From the NCBI GenBank assembly GCA_038087875.1, contig CM075997.1, positions 8,062,001 through 8,126,000 of the forward strand: a DNA stretch of 64,000 nucleotides, read 5' to 3'. The notes below the pieces were generated by a model, which saw only the letters and a list, made by a program, of their open reading frames with translations, was not told where the DNA came from and did no database searches. Within the stretch, counting starts at the first letter, position 1; the number at the start of each line of letters is the position of its first letter. Shown here one piece after another: positions 11,888-24,628 of this stretch. The translations under genes were made by a program, and so were the position numbers. Origin of the DNA: Malacoraja senta. Taxonomy: Eukaryota.

Positions 11888-12674
11888 TATACAACAAGTG
11901 ATCCTCCGTCAGTTCCGCCACCTCCAACGTGACCCCACCACTCGCCACATCTTCCCATCTCCCCCTATGTCTGCCTTCCGCAAAGACCGCTCCCTCCGTA
12001 ACTCCCTTGTCAATTCTTCCCTTCCCTCCCATACCACCCCCTCCCCTGGTACTTTCCCTTGCAACCGCAAGAGATGCAACACTTGTCCCTTCACTTCCCC
12101 CCTCCACTCAATTCCAGGACCCAAGCAGTCGTTCCAGGTGCGACAGAGGTTCACCTGCATCTCCTCCAACCTCATCTATTGCATTTGCTGCACTAGATGC
12201 CAGCTGATCTACATCGGTGAGACCAAGCGGAGGCTTGGCGATCGTTTCGCCGAACACCTCCGGTCGGTCCGCAATAACCAACCTGAACTCCCGGTGGCTC
12301 AGCACTTCAACTCCCCCTCCCATTCCGTATCTGACCTCTCTGTCCTGGGTCTCCTCCATGGCCACAGCGAGCAACACCGTAAATTGGAGGAAATGCACCT
12401 CATATTCCGCTTGGGCAGTCTACATCCTGGTGGCCTGAACGTTGAATTCTCCCAATTCTGCTAGCCCTGGCTATCCCCTCCCCTTCATCAGCCATCTGGT
12501 TGTCTCCGCCCCTCCCCCAGCCCTCGGGCTCCTCCTCCTCCTTTTCCTTTTTTCCTTTCTTCTCCCCACCCCCTATCAGTCTGAAGAAGGGTTTCAGCCC
12601 GAAACGTTACCTATTTCCTTCGCTCCATAGATGCTGCTGCACCCGCTGAGTTTCTCCAGCATTTTTGTGTACCT
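11888..12674 (+). mobile_element. 5'-truncated Penelope-like element (GIY-YIG endonuclease + pLTR)
   Basis: Flanked by 9-bp TSD TTGACAATA (11879-11887, 12675-12683); carries the GIY-YIG ORF and a terminal hammerhead-like core. Confidence 0.9.
11898..12464 (+). CDS. Penelope GIY-YIG endonuclease domain (open C-terminal fragment of the PLE ORF)
   Basis: CNRKRCNTC Cys linker; LIYCICCTRCQLIYIGET...RFAEH...VAQHF...GLN motifs. Confidence 0.85.
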   Translation: MILRQFRHLQRDPTTRHIFPSPPMSAFRKDRSLRNSLVNSSLPSHTTPSPGTFPCNRKRCNTCPFTSPLHSIPGPKQSFQVRQRFTCISSNLIYCICCTRCQLIYIGETKRRLGDRFAEHLRSVRNNQPELPVAQHFNSPSHSVSDLSVLGLLHGHSEQHRKLEEMHLIFRLGSLHPGGLNVEFSQFC

Positions 12675-13486
12675 TTGACAATAAGTATTCCTGTTTGAGC
12701 ACTGTTGGGGGGGAAAGCCTACCTGGGGGTAGCGACAGCGCCCAGGCCTCCGGTACAGAGACCGGTCCTGTTGCTCAGAAGAGTAAGGAAAAGAAGAGGA
12801 GGGCAATACTAATAGGGGACTCTATAGTTAGGGGGTCAGACAGGCGATTCTGTGGACGCAGTCGGGAGACCCGGATGGTAGTTTGCCTCCCTGGTGCCAG
12901 GGTCTGTGATGTGTCTCAATGTGTCCAAGATATCCTGAAAGGGGAGGGAGAGGAGCCCGAGGTCGTGGTACATATAGGTACCAATGACATATGTAAAAAA
13001 AGAGAAGAAGTCCTGAAAGGAGAATTTAGGGAGTTAGGAGGGGAGTGAAAGAGTAGGACAGCAAATGTAACAATCGCAGGATTACTGCCTGTGCCACGCG
13101 ACAGTGAGAGTAAGAATGGAGCGAGGTGGAGGATAAATGCATTGCTGAAGGACTGGTGCAGAGGGCAGGGATTCAAATTTCTGGATCATTGTGACCTCTT
13201 TTGTGGAAGGTGCGACCTGTACAAAAAGGATGGGTTGCACTTGAACCTGAGGGGGACCGATATCCTGGCGGGGAGATCTGCAAAGGCTACTGGGGAGACT
13301 TTAAACTAGAATGGTTGGGGGAGGGACTAAAATAGAGAAAGCTATTAGACAGTGTGTGAGGCAGGAGGCAGAGAAGGAAAGCACTCAGACCCAACATGTA
13401 GGGGGGAAAAGAAGAAAACAATAATAAACAGTGAATAAGAGGTGGTGGGGTTCTTAAATGGGTGAGCAGAGAAAGAGGGGTGTAAA

Positions 13487-16426
13487 ATGCGGGCAGAAGC
13501 AATAGGTAGCAAGGTGAAAAGTAAAGGTGGCAGGCAGACAAATCCAGGGCAAAAATCAAAAAGGGCCACTTTTCCACATAATTTTATAAGGGGTAAGAGC
13601 GTTGTAAAAACAAGCCTGAAGGCTTTGTGTCTCAATGCAAGGAGCATTCGTAATAAGGTGGATGAGTTGAACGTGCAGATAGCTATTAATGATTATGATA
13701 TAGTTGGGATCACGGAGACATGGCTCCAGGGTGACCAAGGCTGGGAGCAGAACATCCAGGGATAGTCAATATTCAGGAGGGATAGAGAGAAAGGAAAAGG
13801 AGGTGGGGTAGCGGTGCTGGTTAGAGAGGAGATTAACGCAGTGAAAAGGAAGGACATTAGCTTGGAGGATGTGGAATCGTTATGGGTAGAGCTGCGAAAC
13901 ACTAAGAGGAAGAAAACGCTGGTGGGTGTTGTGTACAGGCCACCTAGCAGTAGTAGTGAAGTTGGGGATGGCATTAAACAGGAAATTAGAAATGCGTGCA
14001 ACAAAGGCAAAACAGTTATAATGGGTGACTTCAATCTACATATAGATTGAGTGAATCAAATTGGCAAGGGTGCTGAGGAAGAGGATTTCTTGGAATGTAT
14101 GCGGGATAGTTATCTAAACCAACATGTAGAGGGACCAACGAGAGAGCAGGCTATTCTAGACTGGGTATTGAGTAATGAGGAAGGGTTAGTTAGCAGTCTT
14201 GTTGTGCGTGCCCCCTTGGGCAAGAGTGACCATAATATGGTTGAGTTCTTCATTAGAATGGAGAGTGACATTGTTAATTCAGAAACAATGGTTCTGAACT
14301 TAAAGAAAGGTCACTTTGAGGGTATGAGACGTGAATTGGCCAAGATTGACTGGCAATTAGTTCTAAAAGGGTTGACGGTGGATATGCAATGGAAGGCATT
14401 TAAAGACTGCATGGATGAACTACAAAAATTGTTCATCCCAGTTTGGCAAAAGAATAAATCAGGGAAGGTAGTGCATCCGTGGATAACAAGGGAAATCAGG
14501 GATAGTATCAAAGCAAAAGATGATGCGTACAAATTAGCCAAAAAAAGCAGCATACCAGAGGACTGGGAGAAATTCAGAGACCAGCAGAGGAGGAGAAGGG
14601 CTTAATTAGGAAAGGGAAAATAGATTATGAAAGAAAACTGGCAGGGAACATAAAAACTGACTGCAAAAGTTTTTATAGATATGTGAAGAGAAAGAGATTA
14701 GTTAAAACAAATGTAGGTCCCTTGCAGTCAGAAACAGGTGAATTGATCATGGGGAACAAGGATATGGCAGACCAATTGAATAACTACTTTGGTTCCGTCT
14801 TCACTATGGAAGACATAAATAATCTGCCGGAAATAGCAGGGGACCGCGGGTCAAAGGAGATGGAGGGACTGAGTGAAATCCAGGTTAGTCGGGAAGTGGT
14901 GTTGGGTAAATTGAATGGATTAAAGCCCGATAAATCACCAGGGCCAGATAGGCTGCATCCCAGAGTACTTAAGGATGTAGCTCCAGACATACTGCATGCA
15001 TTAGTGATAATTTTTCAAAACTCTTTAGATTCTGGAGTAGTTCCTGAGGATTGGAGGGTAGCAAACGTAACCCCACTTTTTAAGAAGGGAGGGAGAGAGA
15101 GAGAAAACGGGGAATTACAGACCAGTTAGTCTAACATCTGTAGTGGGGAAACTGCTAGAGTCAGTTATTAAAGAAGGGATAGCAGCACATTTGGAAAGTG
15201 GTGAAATCAGTGGACAAAGTCAGCATTAATTTACGAAAGGTAAATCATGTCTGACGAATCTTATAGAATTTTTCGAGGATTTAACTAGTAGAGTGGATAG
15301 GGGAGAACCAGTGGATGTGTTGTATCTGGACTTTCAGAAGGCTTTCGACAAGGTCCCACATAAGAGATTAGTATACAAACTTAAAGCACACGGTATTGGG
15401 GGTTCAGTATTGATGTGGATAGAGAACTGGCTGGCAAACAGGAAGCAAAGAGTAGGAGTAAACGGGTCCTTTTCACAATGGCAGGCAGTGACTAGTGGGG
15501 TACCGCAAGGCTCAGTGCTGGGACCCCAGCTATTTACAATTTATATTAATGAACTGGATGAGGAAATTGAAGGCAACATCTCCAAGTTTGCGGATGACAC
15601 TAAACTGGGGGGCAGTGTTAGCTGTGAGGAGGATACTAGGAGACTGCAAGGTGACTTGGATAGGCTGGGTGAGTGGGCAAATGTTTGGCAGATGCAGTAT
15701 AATGTGGATAAATGTGAGGTTATCCACTTTGGTGGCAAAAACAGGAAAGCAGACTATTATCTAAATGGTGGCCGATTAGGAAAAGGGGAGATGCAGCGAG
15801 ACCTGGGTGTCATGGTACACCAATCATTGAAAGTAGGCATGCAGGTGCAGCAGGCAGTGAAGAAAGCGAATGGTATGTTAGCTTTCATGGCAAAAGGATT
15901 TGAGTATAGGAGCAGGGAGGTTCTACTGCAGTTGTACAGGGTCTTGGTGAGACCACACCTGGAGTATTGTGTACAGTTTTGGTCTCCAAATCTGAGGAAG
16001 GACATTATAGCCATAGAGGGAGTGCAGAGAAGGTTCACCAGACTGACTCCTGGGATGTCAGGACTTTCATATGAAGAAAGACTGGATAGACTTGGCTTAT
16101 ACTCGCTAGAATTTAGGAGATTGAGAGGGGATCTTGTAGAAACGTACAAAATTCTTATGGGGTTGGACAGGCTAGATGCAGGAAGATTGTTCCTGATGTT
16201 GGGGAAGTCCAGGACAAGTGGTCACAGCTTAAGGATAAGGGGGAAATCCTTTAAGACCGAGATGAGAAAAAACTTTTTCACACAGAGAGTGGTGAATCTC
16301 TGGAACTCTCTGCCGCAGAGGGTAGTTGAGGCCAGTTCATTGGCTATATTTAAGAGGGAGTTAGATGTGGCCCTTGTGGCTAAAGGGATCAGGGGGTATG
16401 GAGAGAAGGCAGGTATGGGATACTGA
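13487..16426 (+). pseudogene. CR1 ORF2 (APE endonuclease + reverse transcriptase) with several stops and frameshifts
   Basis: Consecutive ORFs 13487, 13814, 14051, 14683 and 15293 give [24 protein letters not shown]. Confidence 0.9.
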
Positions 16427-17582
16427 GTTGGATGATCAGTCATGATCATATTGAATGGCGGTGCAGGCTCGAAGGGCCGAATGGCCTATTCCTGCACCTA
16501 TTTTCTATGTATCTATGTATCTATGTAATGAGGAAGTGTTAGTTAGCAGTCTTGTTGTGCGTGGCCCCTTGGGCAAGAGTGACCATAATATGGTTGAGTT
16601 CTTCATTAGGATGAAGAGTGGCATAATTAATTCAGAAACAAGGGTTGTGAACGTAAAGAAAGTTAACTTTGAGGGTATGAGACGTGAATTGGCCAAGATA
16701 GACTGGCAATTGATTCTTAAAGGGTTGACGGTGGATATGCAATGGAAGGCATTTAAAGGCTGCATGGATGAACTACAACAATTGTTCATCCCAGTTTGGC
16801 AAAAATAATAAATCAGGGAAGGTAGTGGATCCGTGGATAACAAGGGAACTCAGGGATAGTATCAAAACAAAAGATGAAGCATACAAATTAGCCAGAAATA
16901 TCAGCCTACCAGCGGACTGCGAGAAATTCAGAGTCCAGCAGAGGAGGACAAATGGTTTAATTGGGAAAGGGAAAATAGATTATGAAAGAAAACTGGCAGG
17001 GAACATAAAAACTGCCTGCAAAATCTTTATAGATATGCGAAGAGAAAAAGAATAGTTAAAACAAATGTAGGTCCCTTGCAGTCAGAAACAGGTGAATTGA
17101 TCATGGGGAACAAGGACATGGCAGACCAATTGAATAACTACTTTGGTTCTGTGTTCACTAAGGAAGACTTAATTAATCTGCCGGAAATAGTAGGGGACCG
17201 GGGGTCAAATGAGATGGAGGAACTGAGTGAAATCCAGGTTTGCCGGGAAGTGGTGTTAGGTAAATTGAATGGATTGAAGGCCGATAAATCCCCAGGGCCA
17301 GATAGGCTGCTTCCCAGAGTACTTAAGGAAGTAGCCCCAGAAATAGTGGATGCATTAGTGATAATTTTTCAAAACTCTTTAGATTCCGGAGTAGTTCCTG
17401 AGGATTGGAGGGTAGCTAATGTAACCCCACTTTTTAAAAAGGGAGGGAGAGAGAAAATGGGGAATTACAGACCAGTTAGTCTAACATCAGTAGTGGGGAA
17501 ACTGCTAGAGTCAGTTATTAAAGATGGGATAGCAGCACATTTGGAAAATGGTGAAACCATTGGACAAAGTCAGCATGGATTT

Positions 17583-18526
17583 TTTTTTAATTTTTTTTAA
17601 AATATTTAAATTTTATTAGAAGTACAATTGTATACAATCATATTTTCATAATACCTTTTATGTACAGCTTCTTATTTTTTAAATTTTTTGAAATAAAGAA
17701 GAAAAAGAAAAAAGTTAGATAATGAAAAATAGAAAAATGTGAGATATATAGTGTGTGAAAAAGAAAAATAAAGAATGAAATAAGAAAGTTGAGACATAGA
17801 AAATAGAAGAAAGAGAATAAATGAAAAGAAGAGAGGAAAAGAAAATAGAAGGAGATCATTTATAATCTTGACCATCCGCAGTCACGGATTAGCTTTTACA
17901 CCTGTTTTGCACCATACGTTTCCAAAAAGACGACAAATGGAGACCAACTCGTCATGAATTGGTCAAATTTATCTATTAGGAGGAATCGCATTTCCTCAAG
18001 ATGTGCGGTATCCAACATACTTGCAATCCACATTTTGAGCGTTGGTATTGGTGTATTTTTCCAAAATTTCAATATTAATTTTTTTGCTATTATTAAACCA
18101 TAATTAAAAATTGACTTTTGAGATGAGCTCAATTTGATCCCGTCTTCCATTACCCCAAATATAATCAATTCATTATTGGGTTCCATTTTTGTCTTAAATA
18201 ATTTTGTAAATATTTCGAAAATATCACTCCAAAATCCATGGTTTTATACAAGAAACAAAAGAGTGTGTTATAGTTGCTTCTTGGATTAAACATTTATCGC
18301 AAATGGGCGATATATTTGGATAACATTTATTTAATCTTGTTTTTGAGTAATATAATCTATGTAAAATTTTAAATTGGATTAGATTATGTCTTGCGTTAAT
18401 CGAACACTTGTGAATGTATGTCAAATACTTTTCCCATGTAGCCTTCGTAATTTTTATCAATAATTCCCATTCCCACTCTTCTCTAATTACCTCGGTCACA
18501 GGTAAATCTATATTTAAGATACTATT
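17583..18526 (-). mobile_element. 5'-truncated L1-clade LINE (ORF2 C-terminus, 3'UTR, poly-A)
   Basis: IQFKILHRLY...CDKC...THSFVSC Cys/His domain; poly-T on + at 17580; 15-bp TSD AGTCAGCATGGATTT (17568-17582, 18527-18541). Confidence 0.9.
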
Positions 18527-18730
18527 AGTCAGCATGGATTTATGAAAGGTAAATCACATCTGACGAATCTTACAGAATTTTTCGAGGATGTAACTAGTAG
18601 AGTGGATAAGGGAGAACTAGTGGATGTGTTATATCTGGAATTTCAGAAGGCTTTCGACAAGGTCCCACATAAGAGATTAATATACAAATTTAAAGCACAC
18701 GGTATTGGGGGTTCAGTATTGATATAGATA

Positions 18731-20165
18731 CATAGATACATAGAAAATAGGTGCAGGAGTAGGCCATTCGGCCCTTCGAGCCTGCACCGCCATTCAATAT
18801 GATCATGGCTGATCATCCAACTCAGTATCCCGTACCTGCCTTCTCTCCATACCCCCTGATCCCTTTAGCCACAAGGGCCACATCTAACTCCCTCTTAAAT
18901 ATAGCCAATGAACTGGCGTCAACTACCCTCTGTGGCAGAGAGTTCCAGAGATTCACCACTCTCTGTGTGAAAATGTTTTTCCTCATCTCGGTCTTAAAGG
19001 ATTTCCCCCTTATCCTTAAGCTGTGACCCCTTGTCCTGGACTTCCCCAACATCGGGAACAATGTTCCTGCATCTAGCCTGTCCAACCCCATAGGAATTTT
19101 GTACGTTTCTATAAGATCCCCTCTCAATCTCCTAAATTCTAGCGAGTATAAGCCAAGTCTATCCAGTCTTTCTTCATATGAAAGTCCTGACATCCCAGGA
19201 ATCAGTCTGGTGAACCTTCTCTGCACTCCCTCTATGGCTATAATGTCCTTCCTCAGATTTGGAGACCAAAACTGTACGCAATACTCCAGGTGTGGTCTCA
19301 CCAAGACCCTGTACAACTGCAGTAGAACCTCCCTGCTCCTATACTCAAATCCTCTTGCTATGAAGGCCAACATACCATTCGCTTTCTTCACTGCCTGCTG
19401 CACCTGCATGCCTACTTTCAATGACTGGTGTACCATGACACCCAGGTCTCGCTGCACCTCCCCATTTCCTAATCGGCCACCATTTAGATAATAGTCTGCC
19501 TTCCCGTTTTTGCCACCAAAGTGGATAACGTCACATTTATCCACATTATACTGCATCTGCCAAACATTTGCCCACTCACCCAGCCTATCCAAGTCACCTT
19601 GCAGTCTCCTAGCATCCTCCTCACAGCTAACACTGCCCCCCAGCTTAGTGTCATACGCAAACTTGGAGATGTTGCTTTCAATTCCCTCGTCCAGATCATT
19701 AATATAAATTGTAAATAGCTGGGGTCCCAGCACTGAGCCTTGCGGTACCCCACTAGTCACTGCCTGCCATTGTGAAAAGGACCCGTTTACTCCTACTCTT
19801 TGCTTCCTGTTTGCCAGCCAGTTCTCTATCCACATCAATACTGAACCCCCAATACCGTGTGATTTAAGTTTGTATCCTACTCTCTTATGTGGTACCTTGT
19901 CGAAAGCCTTCTGAAAGTCCAGATACAACACATCCACTGGTTCTCCCCTATCCACTCTACTAGTTACATCCTCGAAAAATTCTATAAGATTCGTCAGACA
20001 CGATTTACCTTTCGTAAATCCATGCTGACTTTGTCCAATGATTTCACCACTTTCCAAATGTGCTGCTATCCCATCTTTAATAACTGACTCTAGCAGTTTC
20101 CCCACTTCCGATGTTAGACTAACTGGTCTGTAATTCCCCGTTTTCTCTCTCCCTCCCTTCTTAAG
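18731..20165 (-). mobile_element. 5'-truncated young CR1 with open RT frame, inserted antisense into the host CR1
   Basis: ORF 18822..20192(-) is uninterrupted RT (FAYD in place of FADD); (ATCTATGT)n tail. Confidence 0.9.
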
Positions 20166-21723
20166 GAGAACTGGCTGGCCGACAGGAAGCAAAGTGTAGG
20201 AGTAAACGGGTCCTTTTCAGAATGGCAGGCAGTGACTAGTCGGGTACCGCAAGGCTCAGTGCTGGGACCCCAGCTATTTACAATATATATTAATGATTTG
20301 GATGAGGGAATTGAATGCAACATCTCCAAGTTTGTGAATGACACAAAGCTGGGGGGCAGTGTTAGCTGTGAGGAAGATGCTAGGAGGCTGCAAGATGACT
20401 TGGATAGGCTGGGTGAGTGGGCAAATGCATGGCAGATGCAGTATAATGTGGATAAATGTAAGGTTATCAACTTTGGTGGCAAAAACAGGAAAGTAGACTA
20501 TTACCTGAATGGTGGCCGATTAGGAAAATGGAAGATGCAACGAGACCTGGGTGTCATGGTACACCAGTCATTGAAAGTAGGTATGCAGGTGCAGCAGGCA
20601 GTGAAGAAAGTGAATGGTATGTTAGCATTCATAGCAAATGGATTTGAGTATAGGAGCAGGAAGGTTCTATAGGTACAGGGTCTTGGTGAGACCACACCTG
20701 GAGTATTGCGTACAGTTTTGGTCTCCTAATCTGAGGAAGGACATCCTTGCCATAGAGAGAGTACAGAGAAGGTTCACCAGACTAATTCCTGGGATGTCAG
20801 GACTTTCATATGAAGAAAGACTGGATAGACTCGGCTTGTACTCGCTAGAATTTAGAAGATGGAGGGGGGATCTTATAGAAACTTACAAAATTCCTAACGG
20901 GTTGGACAGGCTAGATGCAGGAAAATTGTTTCCGATGCTTGGGAAGTCCAGAACAAGGGGTCACAGTTTAAGGTTAAAGGGAAAATCTTTTAGGACTGAG
21001 ATGAGAAAAACATTTTTTACACAGAGAGTGGTGAATCTCTGGAATTCTCTGCCACAGAATGTAGTTGAGGCCAGTTCATTGGCTATATTCAAGAGGGAGT
21101 TAGACGTGGCCCTTGTGGTTAAAGGGATCAGGGGTATGGAGAGAAAGCAGGTACAGGATACTGAGTTGGATGATCAGCCATGATCATATTGAATGGCTCG
21201 AAGGGCCGAATGGCCTACTCCTGCACCTATTTTCTATGTTTCTATGTTGCTATGTTTCCCTTTGCCTTTGATCTCTCTTTTTCTCTTTTCCTTTCTCACA
21301 ATTTATTTCCCACTCTCCTCCTATCCTTTTCACTCATCTTTCTCATTCTCTCTTATTCTCTCCCCTTCCCTTGATAGTCTCTTTTCCTCTGCTTTCTCTC
21401 CCATTTTTCCCCTTTCTTGCCTTTTGTGTTCCCCCTCTTTTTAAAATATTTTCTCTCTTTTCTTTGTCTCCCCTTTTCTCTTTCTTCCTTAGTCACAGAG
21501 TGATACAACGTGGAGACAGGCGTTTCAGCTCAACTTGCCAACACCGGCCAACATGTCCCAGCTACAATAGTCCGATTTGCCCGCGTCTTTTACCCAGAGT
21601 AGTAGAATCATGAACCATAGGATACAGGTTTGTGGTGGGTGAAAGAAATCTGAGGGGCACATTTTTCATACAAAGAGCAGTTGGAATATGGTACAAGTCA
21701 CCAGAGGACGACAGTTCTATCGC

Positions 21724-23315
21724 AGGTCCTTAAATACAGGAGAGGTGCCAGAAGACTGGATGATGGCAAATGTTGTGCCTCTTTGCAAGAAGGGCTGCAG
21801 GGAAAATGCTGGGAATAGGCCAGTGAGCTTTACATCTGTAGTTGGTAAGTTACTGGAGAGTATTTGGAGGGGTAAGTTACACAGGCATTGGATGGGCAAA
21901 GGCTGATTAGGAATAATCAGCATGGTTATGTACGTGGGAGGTCGTGTCTCACAGGTCTGATGGATTATTTTGAAGACGTGACCAAAAAGGTTGATGAGGG
22001 CAGAGCTGTAGATGTTGTGTACATAGACTTCAGTAAGGCATTCGACAAGGTTCCACGTGGGAGGCTGCTCTGGAAAGTAAGATTGCATGGGATCCAAGGA
22101 GAGTTGGCTGAATGGATAGCAAATTGGCTCCAAGGAAGGAAGCAGATGGTGATGGTGGAAGGTTGCTTCTCGGACTGGAGGCCCATGGCTAGTGGTGTGC
22201 CTCAGTGTTCGGTGTTGAGACCGCTACTGTTTGTCATCTACATCAATGATTTGGATGAGAACATACAGGGCAAGAGTAGCTGGTTTGCTGATGATACAAT
22301 AGTTAGTGGTTTTGCAGCTCGTGAAGATGGTTGTGAAATAGTGCAGCAGGTTCTGGATTGAATGGCCAGGTGGGTGGAGGAATGGTTGATTGAATTTAAT
22401 ACAGAAAAGTGTGAGCTGTTGCATATTGGGACGTCAAACAAGGGCAGGACCAATCCAGTAAAAGGTAGGCCTCTGGGCATTGTTAAAGAGCAGAGAGATC
22501 TATTCACTACAGGTGCATGGTTCCTTGAAGATCGAGTCCCAGGTAGAGAAGGTGGTCAAAAAGGCTTTTGGTGCTTTGGCCTTCATCAATCAGAGTATTG
22601 AGTATAGAAGTTGGGAGGTCATGTTGCAGTTGTATAAGATGTTGGAGAGACTGCATTTAAAATATTGTGTTCAGTTCTGTGCACCATGTATAGGAAAGAT
22701 ATTGTCATGCTTGAAAGGGTTCAGAGAAGATTTACGAGGATGTTGCCAGGACTAGAGGGTGTGAGCTATAGGGTGAGGTTGAGTAGGGTAGATCTTTATT
22801 CCATAGAGCGCAGGAGGATGAGAGGAGATCTTATAGAGAAATACAAAATCATGAGAGGAATAGATTGGGTACATGCACAGAGCCTTTGCCCCGAGTCGGG
22901 AATCGAGGACCAAGGTGAAGTGGAAAAGATTTAATAGGAATCCGAGGGGTTACTTTTTTGCACAAAAGGTGGTGGGTGTATGGAACAAGCTGCCAGAGGA
23001 GGTAGTTGAGGCTGTGACTATCCCATCGTTTAAGAAACAGTTTGACAGGTACATGGATAGGTTTGGAGGGATATGGACCAAGTGCAGGCAAGTGGGACTA
23101 GTGTAGCTGGGATATTGTTGGCCGGTGTGGGTGAGTTGGGTCGATGGGCCTTTTTCCACACTGTAATGTACTATGACTATATGACTCTAGGTACATGGAT
23201 AGGATAGGTTGAGAAGGACATGGAGCAAATGCAGATCAGTGTGACTCGTGGGGATGAGGCATCTTGGTTGGCATGAGCAAGTTGGTCCAAAGGGCCTGTT
23301 TCCATGTTGTATGAC
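21724..23315 (+). mobile_element. CR1 fragments; inverted paralog of 3446-4495 with a longer RT portion
   Basis: ORFs 21688, 21888, 22480, 22665 and 22873 match copy-1 peptides (e.g. VHAQSLCPESG). Confidence 0.8.
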
Positions 23316-23319
23316 TGAC

Positions 23320-23770
23320 TCAAAAAAGGAGAGAAAAATGAAAGAAGAAAGCAATGAAGAGAGAAAAAAAAAGTGAGAAACAGAGAGAAAAAACAGAAAG
23401 AGAGAAAAAGGAAATGAGAAAAAGGTAACAAGGTAAAGAGAGAAACAGTAAAATGAGAGAAAAATTATGGCAACGAGAAAGAAGAGAATAAGATGCAAAA
23501 GAGAAACAGAAATAACTGAGAAAGAGACAAAACAGTGGATGGCAGAAAGAACAAACGAGATAGGATAAAGAGATGGGGGAAAGGACAAATAGGGAAAGAA
23601 AAATAGTGAAATGAAAAGAATGAAAATGATGGAGAGAAAGAGACGGCCAGAAAAAGGACTGCAAAATGAGAGGTAAAAGAGGAGAAATAAAAAAGTAAAA
23701 GGGAGGGGGAAAGAGAGTTGAAAAAGGAGAGAAAAGGTGAAATGAAGAGTACAAGAAAAGAAATGGAGAG
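23320..23770. repeat. Polypurine tract, reverse-complement paralog of 2990-3445
   Basis: AAAACAGTGGATGGCAGAAAGAACAAACGAGA is the reverse complement of the tract near 3205-3235. Confidence 0.9.
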
Positions 23771-24628
23771 ACCAAGGATGTTGCCAGGACTAGAGGGTGA
23801 TAAGCTTGGAATCTATTCCATGGAGCACAGAAGGATGAGGGGTGATCTTATAGTGGTGTATAAATCATGTTTGTAATAGATCGGGCAACATTTACAGTCT
23901 ATTGCCCAGTGTAGGTGAATCGAGGGCAGGAGAACATAGGGTTAATGTGAAAGGGGGAAAGATTTAACAGGAATCTGAGGGGTGCCTATTTCACACAAAT
24001 GGTCGTGGGTGTATGGACCCAGCTGCCAGAGGAGGTAGATGAGGCTGGGCTATCCAACGTTTAGGAAACAGTTAGACTGGTACAGGTTTGGAGGGATATG
24101 GACCAAGCATGGAAAGAGAAAGGCAGAGATATTGGTAGAGATAGATGGATTCTTGGTTAGTACATGTGTCAGAGTTTATGGGAAGAAGGCAGGAGAATGG
24201 GGTTAGGAGAGAAAATAGATCAGCCATGGTTGGTGGAATAGACTTGATGGAGCAAATTACCTACTTCTACTCCTTTAATTTATGACCTTATAACGCGGGC
24301 AAATCAGACTATTGTAGCTGGGACATGTTGGCCGGTGTTGGCAAGTTGAGCTGCAGGGCGTGTCTCCACACTGTATCACTCTGTGACTAAGGAAGACAGA
24401 GAAAAGGGGAGACAAAGAAAAGAGAGAGAATACTATTTTCAAAAGAAGGGGAACACAAAAGGCAAGAAAGGGGAAAAATGGGAGAGAAAGCAGAGGAAAA
24501 GAGACAATCAAGGGAAGGGGAGAGAAAAAGAGAGAATGAGAAAGATGAGTGAAAAGGATAGGAAGAGAGCGGGAAATAAATTGTGAGAAAGGAAAAAGAG
24601 AAAAAGAGAGATCAAAGGCAAAGGGAAA

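Larger units (their letters stand above)
11578..13309 (+). pseudogene. CR1 ORF1: N-terminal CxxC...CxxC, coiled coil, SGNH/GDSL esterase; interrupted by Penelope
   Basis: CSGC...CARC, LIGDSIVRG, HIGTND and DGLHL motifs; removing the insert and one TSD restores VHLDNKYSCL; in-frame stop at 13046. Confidence 0.85.
11254..16524 (+). mobile_element. Near-full-length CR1 (5'UTR, ORF1, ORF2, 3'UTR, (ATCTATGT)n tail), inactivated
   Basis: Complete domain order; tail at ~16503-16524; inserted into the host CR1. Confidence 0.92.
11015..21254 (+). mobile_element. Host CR1 ORF2 fragment (~2.6 kb) split into four pieces: 11015-11253, 16525-17582, 18527-18730, 20166-21254
   Basis: Pieces are colinear and rejoin (GTATTGAGT|AATGAGG; GATATAGATA|GAGAACTGG); ends in a (TTTCTATG)n tail. 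Confidence 0.85.

Noticed and set aside
11578..13048. Esterase plus GIY-YIG plus RT as a single novel multi-gene system
   Set aside because: The TSD shows the GIY-YIG segment is a Penelope insertion disrupting a standard CR1 esterase ORF1.
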